Origin: Nannocystis bainbridge
Lineage (GTDB): Bacteria; Myxococcota_A; Polyangia; Nannocystales; Nannocystaceae
NCBI RefSeq assembly: GCF_028368995.1
Contig: NZ_JAQNDL010000001.1
Location: 3,552,001-3,616,000, forward strand
Direction of reading: 5' to 3'
DNA: 64,000 bases
Made by a program: the position numbers and the translations under genes
In this document: positions 1-10,824 of the stretch, one piece after another
Layout: each line of letters begins with the position of its first letter
Position numbering within the stretch: the stretch's first letter is position 1
The notes under the pieces: model-generated
Told to the model about the DNA's origin: nothing
Databases searched by the model: none
The model's input: the letters and a program-made list of their open reading frames with translations, nothing else

Positions 1-206
1 GGCTCGATCTTCATCACCATGCCCGGGCTGCCGCCGTACGGGGCGTCGTCGACGGTGCGGTAGCGGTCGGTGGCGAACTCGCGGTAGTCGGTGCAATGCA
101 CGCTGACGAGCTCGCGTGCGACCGCCTTGCCGACCAGGCCGCCGCGCAGGAAACCGGCCACGGCCTCGGGAAACAGCGTGAAGACCTCGAAGGTCTGGCC
201 GCTCAC
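1..206 (-). CDS. trmD: tRNA (guanine-N1)-methyltransferase, 5' part (runs off window edge)
   Basis: Manual translation MSGQTFEVFTLFPE...RTVDDAPYGGSPGMVMKIEP; GTG start overlaps the rimM stop; canonical rpsP-rimM-trmD order. Confidence 0.95.
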   Translation of the reverse strand, partial: MSGQTFEVFTLFPEAVAGFLRGGLVGKAVARELVSVHCTDYREFATDRYRTVDDAPYGGSPGMVMKIE

Positions 207-796
207 GGCGCCTCTCCGCCCTCCTCGAGGGCGTCGGGCAGGAGACCGAGCGGCAGGTCGACGCGCAGGCGCTCACCGTCGAGGTCGGCGATGAACTGCG
301 GCAGCGCGGGCAAGAGCCAGGTGTCGCGGCGACCGTCGGGGCGCGTCCACTCGACCTCGAGCAGATCTTGCACCCCATTGCTGGTGACACCGGCGACGAC
401 CCCGAGCGCCTGGGTGCGGCCGTCCGCGTGCACGCGCTCGACCGGGAGGCCGATCGTGTCGGAGATGTAGAACTCGTCCTCGGCCAGCGCAGGCAGATCG
501 GCGCGAGCGACCCACACCTCGAGCCCGCGCAGGCGCTCGGCATGGTCGCGGTCGGCGACCCCGTCCAGCTGGACGCGCGCCGACGGCTTGCCGGGGATCG
601 GCTCGACCGAGACGATCACGAAGGACATGTCCGATCGGGCATGTCCTTCGGGGCTACCGGATGGCCGGAGCTCGACCCGCAAGCCGCGCCTCAGGGCGCG
701 CGAGTCGGGGTCGAAGAGGTGGAAACGAAGCTGACCGCGAACGCCGTGCGGCGCGGAGACCTCGGCGACGGCGATCGCGGCGGAGCGGCCCGACAC
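203..796 (-). CDS. rimM: Ribosome maturation factor RimM
   Basis: PHGVRG, DRDHAERLRG, LPALAEDEFY and GVQDLLEV motifs; operon context. Confidence 0.93.
   Translation of the reverse strand: MSGRSAAIAVAEVSAPHGVRGQLRFHLFDPDSRALRRGLRVELRPSGSPEGHARSDMSFVIVSVEPIPGKPSARVQLDGVADRDHAERLRGLEVWVARADLPALAEDEFYISDTIGLPVERVHADGRTQALGVVAGVTSNGVQDLLEVEWTRPDGRRDTWLLPALPQFIADLDGERLRVDLPLGLLPDALEEGGEAP
623..655. repeat. 14-bp TGTCC-N4-GGACA units inside rimM
   Basis: GGACA|TGTCC GATC GGGCA|TGTCC TTCG GGGCT. Confidence 0.75.
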
Positions 797-808
797 GGCG
801 GCCTCCGG

Positions 809-1066
809 CTACTCGAGGATCTCGAGGTCGGCGCGCTTGCGGAGCTTGGCCGAAGCGGCGCTGAGCAGCGAGCGCATGGCCTTGACGGTGCGCCCCTGCT
901 TGCCGATGACCTTGCCGAGGTCGTCGCGGGCGACGCGGAGCTCGAGCACCACGGTCTGCTCGCCGGCGATCTCGGAGACGTGAACTTCGTCGGGACGATC
1001 GACGAGGGCACGCGCGAGGAACTCGACGAGGTCCTTGAGGGAGATGTTCGCGGACGCTGCGGGCAT
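809..1066 (-). CDS. khpA: KH-domain RNA-binding protein KhpA/YlqC
   Basis: LVDRPDEV...[12 protein letters not shown]; lies between rpsP and rimM; start could be 1090. Confidence 0.92.
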   Translation of the reverse strand: MPAASANISLKDLVEFLARALVDRPDEVHVSEIAGEQTVVLELRVARDDLGKVIGKQGRTVKAMRSLLSAASAKLRKRADLEILE

Positions 1067-1165
1067 GGGTGCCTCCGGGGGGTGTAGCACCGTCGCGGCT
1101 CATGCGAGCGCGACGGGGCGAGGCGCGAGGACGAGGGACCGGACGAGGAACGCGGGCCGGGAGGC

Positions 1166-1459
1166 CTACTTCGTCTCGGTCTTCTTGGTCTTCGGCTTGG
1201 CGGCCCGGGGGGCCTTGCCGGCGGCGATGTTGCGCGCGCGACGGAGCAGGCGCTCGACGGTGTCGGTCGGCGAGGCACCCTGGCTCTCCCAGTACTCGAC
1301 GCGGGGCGCATTGAGGGTGACCGACTCGGCGTGCGGGTCGTAGGTCCCGAGGCGCTCGAGGAAGCGACCGTCGCGCGGGCTGCGGGCGTCGGCGGCGACG
1401 ATGCGGTAGTAGGGACGCTTCTTGGAGCCCATGCGGGCGAGCCTGATCTTGACGGCCAT
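1166..1459 (-). CDS. rpsP: 30S ribosomal protein S16
   Basis: [42 protein letters not shown]. Confidence 0.98.
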   Translation of the reverse strand: MAVKIRLARMGSKKRPYYRIVAADARSPRDGRFLERLGTYDPHAESVTLNAPRVEYWESQGASPTDTVERLLRRARNIAAGKAPRAAKPKTKKTETK

Positions 1460-1509
1460 GAGTGCGTGCTTTGCTGGAGATCGTGCGCCGGAGGCGAAAA
1501 GGGGTGCGA

Positions 1510-1539
1510 AGCCTAAACGGCTCGCCGTGCGCGGGTCAA
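1510..1539 (-). promoter_or_regulatory. Putative sigma70 promoter of the rpsP operon
   Basis: Minus strand TTGACC-18 nt-TAGGCT about 50 nt upstream of rpsP. Confidence 0.5.
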
Positions 1540-1706
1540 GTCGCTGCGCGCGATAGCCCGGGAGACGGGCGACGCCGCTGGCGGAGGCGTATACCTCGCC
1601 CCGGCGGGCAGGCAAAGCCGGCTGGGCGGGGGCGGACGTGCGCAATGTCCCCTCCCGCGAAGCGGCGTCGGCGGCGGCGCGATCTAAGATCTCCGCCCCC
1701 GCGACC

Positions 1707-3497
1707 ATGCCGATCTCCCCTCCCCGCGCCGCCGGCCTCGCCGTCCTCGGGTCCCGCCCCCGCGCGTTTGCCGGGCTCGCCGCGATCGTGACCTCGGCCA
1801 TCCTGGCCTGTGCGACCTGCGGCGGCCCGGGTTCCGGGCCGACCAAGACCACCCATGTAGAGCCGGCGGCCGCCCCTGCGCGGCTGACGATCGACCTGGT
1901 GGCTTTCGCCCGGGTGATGGGGGCGGTGGCCCCGTGTGGCTGCACCACCGAGCCGCTGGGCGGGCTGCAGTACGTGTTCGGCTATCTCGGGCACGACCTC
2001 GACGCGCAGCGACGCCTGGTCGTCGAGCCGGGCGGGCTCCTGATCCCCGACCCCAAGGGGCCGGAGGCGCCGCCCGACGAGGCGGCGTGGGCGCAGGCGT
2101 ATCAGCGGGCCGACGCGCTCCAGGAGCGGTTCGCGTCGCTGGGCGGTTCGCTGGTGTCGGGCGTGGGCGCCAACGACCTTTCGAGCCCGCTTGCGCAGGA
2201 GGCGCTGAAGAAGTGGCCGCTGCCGCGGGTGCTCGCCAACAGCCGCGCGTTCGACGACGCGGGGGTGGTGCCGCACCGCGTGGTCGATGTCCCCGGGCTC
2301 GACGGCAAGCCGGCGCTGCAGTTCGGCGTGACCGCGGTGCATGAGCCGAGCCCGGAGGCGATCAAATTGCTCGGGCCGCTCGAGCCGACCAAGAGCGCGG
2401 CCCAGCGTGAGGTCGCGGCGATGCGGGCGGCCGGGGCCGACGTGGTGATCGTGCTGGTCCATGGCACGCGCGCCGCGGCGGTCGAGATCGCCGAGGGCGT
2501 GCCGGGGGCGGACATCGTGGTGACGGGCGTGCCGGAGGGCACCGAAAAGGCGCGGCTCGGCGCTCCGGCGACCCGCGTCGGCCACGGCTGGGTGCTGGAG
2601 CCGGGCGACCAGGCGCAGACGCTGACGCACGTGCGGCTCTCGATCGATCCGTCGGCGCTCGCGGCGATGCCCGGGCCCGACGCGTGGAAGGTCCAGCCGT
2701 CGGCCGCGGTGCAGACCAGGGAGCTCGAGCGGCTCGACGCGCGGCTCACCAAGTTCCGCGCCGATCCCGGCGCCGATCCGGGGTACATCGCCCGGCTCGA
2801 GCAGGAGCGCGCGACGCTCGCCGCGGCGATGACGACCGGCGCGGCGCCGACGGGCGCGGTGGCCGTCACGTTCGAGCAGCAGAAGATCACTTGCAAGCTG
2901 CCGGTCGACGCGGCCGGCGCCGAGGCGCTGCGCAGCTACGACGCGTGGGTGGCGACGCAGAACCAGCGGCGCTTCGCGGGCGTGAAGCCGCCGGCGCCGG
3001 CGAAGGGCCAGGCGAGCTACATCGGCGGCGAGCAGTGCGGCGCGTGCCACGACAAGGCCGAGGAGCACTGGGCCGGCACCCGCCACGCGGGCGCCTACGA
3101 GACGCTGGTGAAGGTCAACAAGCAGTTCGACCTGTCGTGCGTCGGCTGCCACGTGACCGGGTTTCGTCAGCCGGGTGGGTCGGAAGTGGTCGAGGTCGCC
3201 GGCCTCGAGGACGTGCAGTGCGAGGTCTGCCACGGGCCTGGCAGCATCCACGCGGAGTCGCCGGAGAAGGCGGGCAAGGCGTTCGGGATCCGCCGCGAGG
3301 CTGCGGTCGACGTGTGCCTCGGTTGCCACACGGCGGAGCACTCGGACACGTTCAACTACGAGGCGTACCTGCGCGACGTGCTGGGCGCCGGCCACGGCGA
3401 GGGGCGGCGCTCGTTGCTCGGGGACGGGCCGACCGGGCGCGAGCTGCGGGCGGAGGGCCTGGAGAAGGCCGGCGGCGCCTGTCCGAAGCAGATGTGA
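1707..3497 (+). CDS. Exported UshA/5'-nucleotidase-like domain fused to a tetraheme cytochrome c (c554-like)
   Basis: Signal/lipobox-like N-terminus; PCGC..PLGGL and VGAND motifs; four CxxCH sites (CGACH, CVGCH, CEVCH, CLGCH). Confidence 0.8.
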   Translation: MPISPPRAAGLAVLGSRPRAFAGLAAIVTSAILACATCGGPGSGPTKTTHVEPAAAPARLTIDLVAFARVMGAVAPCGCTTEPLGGLQYVFGYLGHDLDAQRRLVVEPGGLLIPDPKGPEAPPDEAAWAQAYQRADALQERFASLGGSLVSGVGANDLSSPLAQEALKKWPLPRVLANSRAFDDAGVVPHRVVDVPGLDGKPALQFGVTAVHEPSPEAIKLLGPLEPTKSAAQREVAAMRAAGADVVIVLVHGTRAAAVEIAEGVPGADIVVTGVPEGTEKARLGAPATRVGHGWVLEPGDQAQTLTHVRLSIDPSALAAMPGPDAWKVQPSAAVQTRELERLDARLTKFRADPGADPGYIARLEQERATLAAAMTTGAAPTGAVAVTFEQQKITCKLPVDAAGAEALRSYDAWVATQNQRRFAGVKPPAPAKGQASYIGGEQCGACHDKAEEHWAGTRHAGAYETLVKVNKQFDLSCVGCHVTGFRQPGGSEVVEVAGLEDVQCEVCHGPGSIHAESPEKAGKAFGIRREAAVDVCLGCHTAEHSDTFNYEAYLRDVLGAGHGEGRRSLLGDGPTGRELRAEGLEKAGGACPKQM

Positions 3498-3570
3498 GCC
3501 GCCCGGGGCGTGCGCAAGGTCTTGAGCGGCCGGCGTTGACCCCCGGGTGCGCGCGTGCTCTCTTGCCCCG

Positions 3571-4914
<1,344 letters not shown>

Positions 4915-5060
4915 CGGCGTCCCTCGCGGATCAGCGCCGAGCATCCCTCGGCGCTTTTCGCAGGTCACCGCCGCTCACGCCGGGAACGCCTCGCATCGAG
5001 GCGCTCGCCAATCACTCGCGCCGCCGATGACCCGGGCGGCGCGCATCCATTCTCACCGCG

Positions 5061-5993
5061 TCACTTGAGCGCGACCACGTAGCCGAGCCAGGCTTCCTGG
5101 TTCTCGATCTCCGTGTGCTCGACGAACTCGCCGGTGCCGGTCAGGTACTCGTCGTCGTCCTCGTCGGCCTCGACGCGCTCGAAGTAGAACTTCACGCTCG
5201 AGAAGCCGGCCTCGCGCAGCAGCTCACCGAGCTCCGGCAGGGTCCACAGGCGCCAGTCGTAGGTGAAGGCGCGGTACAGCTGCGAGCCGTCGCGGAACTT
5301 CCACGTGATGTGGCACAGCGTGTGGTGGTTGATCGGGTTGAACTTCTCCTGCTCCCACACGTACGTCAGCCCGCCGCGCAGCTCGCGTTCGTCGCTGAGC
5401 TCGACCACCGCCTCGGTGCCGCCGTAGACCTCGAGCGCGAAGGCGCCGTCGGCGACCAGGTTCTCGTGGGCGGCGGCGAAGTAGCCGCGCAGCTCCTCGC
5501 GGGTCTTGAAGATGCAGTAGCTGAAGTTCATCGCCACGATCAGGTCGACCGCGGGCAGGCTGGTGTCGCGCACGTCGGCCTGGGCCAGCGTCACGCGCTC
5601 GACCGCGTCCGGGGGCGCGCCGGCGAGGGTGTTGGTGCGGCCCCACTCGAGCGTCGGGCCGTCGAGGTCGACGCCGAGCGCCGTGCGGCGCGGGTCGGAC
5701 TTGCACCACTCGGTGGAGAACAGCGCGGTGCCGCAGAAGTCCTCACGCACGCTGAGCGGGGGGCGGCCGCGGTGCTTCTGGAACTCGGCGTCGAAGAACT
5801 CGATGTCGACGCCGGGCGACTGGACCGAGCGCTGGTAGAGCGCGAACTTGTCGGCGCTCTCGGCCTGCGTCGGCCCGCGCTTGCGCGCCGGCGGCTTCGA
5901 CGACTTCTTCTTGGCCGCCGCGCTGGCCTGCTTCTTGGCGGGCTGCTGCTTCGGCGACTTCTTGGCGGGGGCCTTCGCGGTCTTTTTGGACAT
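5061..5993 (-). CDS. Class I SAM-dependent methyltransferase with Lys/Ala-rich N-terminal tail
   Basis: REDFCGTA, ALGVDLD, AMNFSY motifs; paralogue of the adjacent gene. Confidence 0.8.
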   Translation of the reverse strand: MSKKTAKAPAKKSPKQQPAKKQASAAAKKKSSKPPARKRGPTQAESADKFALYQRSVQSPGVDIEFFDAEFQKHRGRPPLSVREDFCGTALFSTEWCKSDPRRTALGVDLDGPTLEWGRTNTLAGAPPDAVERVTLAQADVRDTSLPAVDLIVAMNFSYCIFKTREELRGYFAAAHENLVADGAFALEVYGGTEAVVELSDERELRGGLTYVWEQEKFNPINHHTLCHITWKFRDGSQLYRAFTYDWRLWTLPELGELLREAGFSSVKFYFERVEADEDDDEYLTGTGEFVEHTEIENQEAWLGYVVALK

Positions 5994-6006
5994 GTTCGTT
6001 CAGACA
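5979..6006. repeat. Two 14-bp units spanning the methyltransferase start codon
   Basis: GGTCT TTTT GGACA|TGTTC GTTC AGACA; the junction CATG supplies the minus-strand ATG. Confidence 0.65.
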
Positions 6007-6013
6007 GGTTGCG

Positions 6014-6844
6014 TCAGCGCTCGGCGGCCAGGTAGGTCCACCAGATCTCCTGGTTCTCGACGTAGTCCGGCTCGTAGAACACGCCGGTGCCCTCACCCTC
6101 GGCGTTGGTCTTCTCCCAGTAGGCGTGGACCTTGGAGAAGCCGGCCTCGAGCAGCAGGTCGCGCAGCTCGGGGGCCATCCACAGGCGCCAGTCGTAGGTG
6201 AAGGCCTCGAGCAGCTTGGAGCCGTCGGGGAACAGGAAGTGGATGTGGCACAGGAAATCGTGGGTCAGGGCGTCGAAGCGGGCCTGCTCCCAGCGGTAGA
6301 TGAAGTCGCCGTGGTCGTTGTCGGTCGAGCCTTCGACGATCGCCTCGGTGCCGCCGAGCAGGTCGAGGAAGAACAGCCCGTCCTTGGCGAGACCGGCGTG
6401 CACGGCCCGGAAGTAGTCGAGCAGCTCGTCGCGGCGCTTGAAGCAGTAGTAGGAGAAGTTGAGCGCGCAGGCGATGTCGACCTTGGGCTTCTTGACCTCG
6501 CGGACGTCGGCGCAGAGCAGCGAGACGCGGCTGGCGACGTTGCGGCCGGCGGGGACGATGCGGTGCTCCAGGCCCCAGTTGATCGTCTCCTGCGACAGGT
6601 CGACGCCGAGGGCCGTGCGGTCGGCCCCGCTCTTGACCCATTCGGCGCACAGCACCGCGGTGCCGCAGAAATCTTCGCGCAGCGACACCGGGTCGTGGCC
6701 GCGGAGCTTCTTGTAGATGCGGTTGAAGAACTTGACGTCGCTGCCCGGGTCCTGGACGGCGCGCTCGTAGAGGGCGTGCACGTCGGCCTGGGCGGCCTGG
6801 GTCTTCTTCGCGGCGGACTTGCTCTTCGCGGTGCGTGCGGTCAA
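6014..6844 (-). CDS. Class I SAM-dependent methyltransferase
   Basis: LREDFCGTA, ALGVDLS, ALNFSY, AFTYDWRLW. Confidence 0.82.
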   Translation of the reverse strand: MTARTAKSKSAAKKTQAAQADVHALYERAVQDPGSDVKFFNRIYKKLRGHDPVSLREDFCGTAVLCAEWVKSGADRTALGVDLSQETINWGLEHRIVPAGRNVASRVSLLCADVREVKKPKVDIACALNFSYYCFKRRDELLDYFRAVHAGLAKDGLFFLDLLGGTEAIVEGSTDNDHGDFIYRWEQARFDALTHDFLCHIHFLFPDGSKLLEAFTYDWRLWMAPELRDLLLEAGFSKVHAYWEKTNAEGEGTGVFYEPDYVENQEIWWTYLAAER

Positions 6845-6914
6845 CGGGTCCTCGAGACCGGCGCACGGTACCGCAAAAACCGCGCAGCGCCGCGCGGACT
6901 TTTTGCCGCGCGGC

Positions 6915-7391
6915 TCAGCCCTGCTGCTCGAGCAGCGTGGTCAGGCCGTCGTAGGCGCCCGTGATGTTGCGCGTGACCTCGGTCGCGACCTTGTACTTCT
7001 CCGGGTCCTTGGCGAAGCGGTCGGGGTGGTACTGCTTCAGCAGGCGCCGGTAGGACTTGCGGATGTCCTCGAGCGGGGCGCCGGGCTCGAGCTCGAGGGT
7101 CCGGTACCAGCGCAGGCGGTCGGCCTCGGAGCTGCGCTGGCGCGGCGGGTTGTTGCCAGCGGCGCGCTGGCTGGCCTCGAAGGCCCGGTCCCACATATCC
7201 TCGGCGGCGTCGCGGACCAGGCGGGCGCGCTTGCCGGCCTTGGTGCCGACGGTGTCCTTCTCGACCTCGTCGTCGATGACGCGGCGCTCATCCTCGCTGA
7301 GCCCCTCGAGTGGGTCGCCCTTGCGGAAAGCCTGGGAGAAGTCGGTGATGTTGGCCCGCGCGAGGTCGAAGAAGCGGCGAGTGATGCTCAC
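6915..7391 (-). CDS. J-domain (DnaJ-like) protein
   Basis: C-terminal YRTLEL...IRKSYRRLLKQYHPD J-domain. Confidence 0.88.
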   Translation of the reverse strand: MSITRRFFDLARANITDFSQAFRKGDPLEGLSEDERRVIDDEVEKDTVGTKAGKRARLVRDAAEDMWDRAFEASQRAAGNNPPRQRSSEADRLRWYRTLELEPGAPLEDIRKSYRRLLKQYHPDRFAKDPEKYKVATEVTRNITGAYDGLTTLLEQQG

Positions 7392-7457
7392 CCGCTCACG
7401 ATAGTGAAAATCGCCTCGCTCGCAAGACGGGCGGCCGCGCGCGGGGGGCGGCCGCGC

Positions 7458-8102
7458 CTAGAAGTCCTCGTAATCGTCGTCCTTGGGCGGCGGCGGCGGC
7501 GGCTTGCGGGCTGCCGGGACCGGGGCCGAGGCGCCGAAGCGCGGCGGGGGCGGGAGCGACTGGTGCGACTCGTCGAGGCTGGCGCGCAGCGAGTCCTCGC
7601 GGCCGCGGCGAGCGAGGCCGCTGCGAGCGGCTGCGGGAAGGCTGTCCTCGGCGAGCACCGCGGAGGCGCTGAGGCTCGTGACCGACTCGCCGGCCATCTC
7701 GTCGCCCTCTTCGAGCTGCGCCATCTCCTCCGCGGTGAGCTCGCGCGTGCGGAAGCCCGGCTCGGCGGAGCGTGAGGCCTCGCGCGTGCGATGCCAGGCG
7801 ATCGCGTCGATGACCCGCAAGGTCATCTCGGCGCTGAGGTTGTGGAACGCCACGCCCATGCCGCGCGGCTCGTCCTGCTGATGGACGACGCGGCCGGTGC
7901 CGCTGATGACGACCGGGTCGTCGAGCAAGATCGTGAAGCGGAGGTCGATCGCGGCGCCGACCGGCAGGCGCGCGCGCGTGTTGATGAACACGCCCTGCTC
8001 GCTCAGGTTGCTGACGAAGGAGATGCTGCCAGGCTCGAGCTCGGCGAACTCGGCGTTCACCGTGTAGCGCTCGCCCCGTCGCCGTTCCATCGCTTTCGCC
8101 AT
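7458..8102 (-). CDS. PilZ-domain protein
   Basis: ERRRGER (RxxxR), NLSEQG (D/NxSxxG), GMGVAF; disordered C-terminus. Confidence 0.85.
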   Translation of the reverse strand: MAKAMERRRGERYTVNAEFAELEPGSISFVSNLSEQGVFINTRARLPVGAAIDLRFTILLDDPVVISGTGRVVHQQDEPRGMGVAFHNLSAEMTLRVIDAIAWHRTREASRSAEPGFRTRELTAEEMAQLEEGDEMAGESVTSLSASAVLAEDSLPAAARSGLARRGREDSLRASLDESHQSLPPPPRFGASAPVPAARKPPPPPPKDDDYEDF

Positions 8103-8119
8103 GGGTCGCTCCTTCTCGC

Positions 8120-9685
8120 TCAGTCGGCCGCGTTGCTGTTGTTGCTGCGGTTGCCGCCCTTGTTCTTGGTGCGGATCTCGAAGTGCTCGATGTGGAAGTC
8201 CTTGCGGCCCTGGATGTCGATGCCCTTCTGCAGCCGCTTGACCATGTTGTCGATCGCGGCGACCTCGGGACCGTTCATCAGATCGGCCACCGCGGGCGCG
8301 GCCTGGACGACGATGGTGTCGCCGACGAGGTGCGGCCCTTCGCGCCGGACCTCGCGCAAGATCTCGTAGCACATCGTGGACGGGCTCTTGGTGTAGCCCT
8401 TACCGTTGCAGACCTCGCAAGGGGCCGTCAACAGCCGCAGCAGCGACTCCTTGGTCCGCTTGCGGCTCATCTCGACCAGGCCCATCTCCGAGATCTTGGT
8501 GATGTGCGCCTTGGCGCGGTCGCGGCGGAGGACCTCCTGCAGCTTGCGGTAGACCTTGCGCCGGTTCGACTCCTTGTCCATGTCGATGAAGTCGATGATG
8601 ACCAGGCCGCCGAGGTTGCGCAGGCGCAGCTGGTCGGCCAGCTCCTCCGCCGCCTCGAGGTTGGTCTGCGTGATCGTCTCCTCGAGCGTCTTGCCCTTGG
8701 CGCCGACGAACTTGCCGGTGTTGACGTCGATCGCCGTCAGCGCCTCGCCCTGGTCGAACACCAGCGAGCCGCCGCTCTTGAGCTGGACCTTGCGCTCGAG
8801 CGCGCGGTTGATCTCGAGCTCGATGCCGTAGCCGTCGAAGATCGGCTCGCGGCCGGTGTAGAGCTCGACGCGGTCGACCAGCTCGGGCATGAACGCGCCG
8901 ATGAACCGGACCGCCTTGTCGTGGGCGATGCGGTCGTCGACGATGACCTTCTTGAACTCGGGCGTCAGGTTGTCGCGCACGACCCGGAGCATGAGGTTGA
9001 GGTCGCGGTAGAGCAGCGCCGGCGCGCGCTGGTGGCGCTCGTTGAACTGGATGTTCTCCCACAGGCGCAGGAGGTAATCCATGTCGGCGCGGACCTGGTT
9101 GTTGCTGGCCGACTCGGCGACGGTGCGGACGATGAAGCCCGAGCCCGCGGGGCGCATCTGGTCGATCAGGCGGCGCAGGCGACGGCGCTCGCGGTCGCCG
9201 GCGATCCGGCGCGAGATCCCGATGTGGCTCACCGTCGGCATGAACACGACGTTGCGCCCGGGCAGCGAGATGTACGTGGTGATCCGCGCGCCCTTGCTCG
9301 AGATCGGATCCTTCACGACCTGGACCAGGATCTCCTGGCCGGGGCGCACCAGCTCGGTGATGTCGCCGTGGCGACCGGTGCGGCGCGGCGCGACGTCGTC
9401 GTCGTCGTCGCCGCCGAGGGCGCGCAGGGCGGCTTCCTTCTCGCCCTGACCGCCCGGCGCGGCGATGTCACCGGCGTACAAGAACGCGGCCTTCTCCTCG
9501 CCGATGTCGACGAACGCGGCCTGCATGCCCGGGAGCACGCGCAGGACCTTGCCCTTGTACACGTTACCGACCGTGCCGCGCTCGCGCTCGCGCTCGACGT
9601 AGTACTCGGAGAGGATCCCCTGTTCGATGAGAGCGACCCGCGTCTCGGGTCCATCGGCGTTGATGACAATGACGGAATCTGACAC
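8120..9685 (-). CDS. rng: Ribonuclease E/G family (RNase G-sized)
   Basis: GNVYKGKVLRVLPGMQAAFVDIG, TAIDVNTG, IDFIDM, Zn-link CEVCNG. Confidence 0.93.
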   Translation of the reverse strand: MSDSVIVINADGPETRVALIEQGILSEYYVERERERGTVGNVYKGKVLRVLPGMQAAFVDIGEEKAAFLYAGDIAAPGGQGEKEAALRALGGDDDDDVAPRRTGRHGDITELVRPGQEILVQVVKDPISSKGARITTYISLPGRNVVFMPTVSHIGISRRIAGDRERRRLRRLIDQMRPAGSGFIVRTVAESASNNQVRADMDYLLRLWENIQFNERHQRAPALLYRDLNLMLRVVRDNLTPEFKKVIVDDRIAHDKAVRFIGAFMPELVDRVELYTGREPIFDGYGIELEINRALERKVQLKSGGSLVFDQGEALTAIDVNTGKFVGAKGKTLEETITQTNLEAAEELADQLRLRNLGGLVIIDFIDMDKESNRRKVYRKLQEVLRRDRAKAHITKISEMGLVEMSRKRTKESLLRLLTAPCEVCNGKGYTKSPSTMCYEILREVRREGPHLVGDTIVVQAAPAVADLMNGPEVAAIDNMVKRLQKGIDIQGRKDFHIEHFEIRTKNKGGNRSNNSNAAD

Positions 9686-9909
9686 GGCGGCCGGGCATTG
9701 GTAGCACAACCGGGGCTCCGGGTGACAACCGCGGACACGCGGGCGGGCCGCTGACAATTCACGGCCGACCGGCGCCCGATGGGCGCCGCCTGCCCGGGGA
9801 GACCCGGGCGTGACCTGGAGCACCCTCGCGCGCGCCGGCCGGCGACGTCGCGCGGCGCGGGATTTTCGACTTTCCTGGCCCGGCCGTCTTCTGTAGTGTT
9901 CCCCGCGCC

Positions 9910-10407
9910 ATGGCCTTCCAGTACCAACCGGGGATCTTCAAGACCACGAAGTTCCTGCCCGAGCACGAGGCGACCGTCGCCCCCAACCTGCTCATCCTGA
10001 TCCGGACCGACGCCGAGTTCGCGCCCGCCTCGGTCCTGCTTCCGGTGCAGAACATCCACAATCAGTGGCGCTTCCAGATGCCCGGGGTGAAGGTCCCGAA
10101 GGTCGACTACGGCTGGGGCTCGTCGCTCGTCAAGCTGCCGCACGAGGGCTTTTACCGGCTGACCCGCGAGTTCAAGTTCGGCGACAACGGCCGCTGGCTG
10201 CCCAACGCGATCGTCCAGCTCGGCTACACCCGCGGCGGCGATCCGATCCTCTTTATCGCCCAGCGCCGCAACCCGCTGGTCGCCAACGACCTGTTCTTCA
10301 GCGACAAGGGCGTCAAGGTCGAGCTCAGCGACATCACCGGCAACAACGCGATGCTCGAGGCCCTGACCTGGTTCCAGGAGCAGGAAGGCGCCGCCGCCAA
10401 GCGCTGA
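9910..10407 (+). CDS. Hypothetical protein
   Basis: 165-aa ORF with host-like codon usage and globular composition; no family recognised. Confidence 0.75.
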   Translation: MAFQYQPGIFKTTKFLPEHEATVAPNLLILIRTDAEFAPASVLLPVQNIHNQWRFQMPGVKVPKVDYGWGSSLVKLPHEGFYRLTREFKFGDNGRWLPNAIVQLGYTRGGDPILFIAQRRNPLVANDLFFSDKGVKVELSDITGNNAMLEALTWFQEQEGAAAKR

Positions 10408-10431
10408 GCGGCGCCCCGCCGTCCGACCCGG

Positions 10432-10734
10432 TCAGCGGGTCGGTCGGTCCTCTTCGGTGATCTCGTCACCGACCTCGACGCGGATCGTCTGGCCCTTCTG
10501 ACCCCGGGCCTGGATCCGCTGCAAGAACATCGCACTGGCGCCGCCCTGGTTGATCCAGCCCTCGTTGGACTCTTCGACGACCTTGTTGAAGACGACGATC
10601 CGCAGGGGCACCGGCGGCGTCACGCGCAGGCCGTTGCGCTGCCAATAAAAGAACGGGCTGTACCACAACGTGTCGATGGTCTCCCAGTCGCCGTCGGTCC
10701 TGAACGTGTGGCTCTTGATATGCATCTCGGCCAT
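10432..10734 (-). CDS. Hypothetical protein
   Basis: 100-aa ORF with host-like codon usage; no family recognised. Confidence 0.7.
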   Translation of the reverse strand: MAEMHIKSHTFRTDGDWETIDTLWYSPFFYWQRNGLRVTPPVPLRIVVFNKVVEESNEGWINQGGASAMFLQRIQARGQKGQTIRVEVGDEITEEDRPTR

Positions 10735-10824
10735 AGCGGGGTCCCCGTGGGGGTTTTAAACCTCGCGGCCGCGCCAGGCAAGCGACGCGGTGTCGCAGGC
10801 GACCGCGGCTGCTAAGGTTCGCGC

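Noticed and set aside
1707-2000. Selenocysteine recoding in the UshA-like protein
   Set aside because: The motif is encoded TGT GGC TGC with no in-frame TGA.
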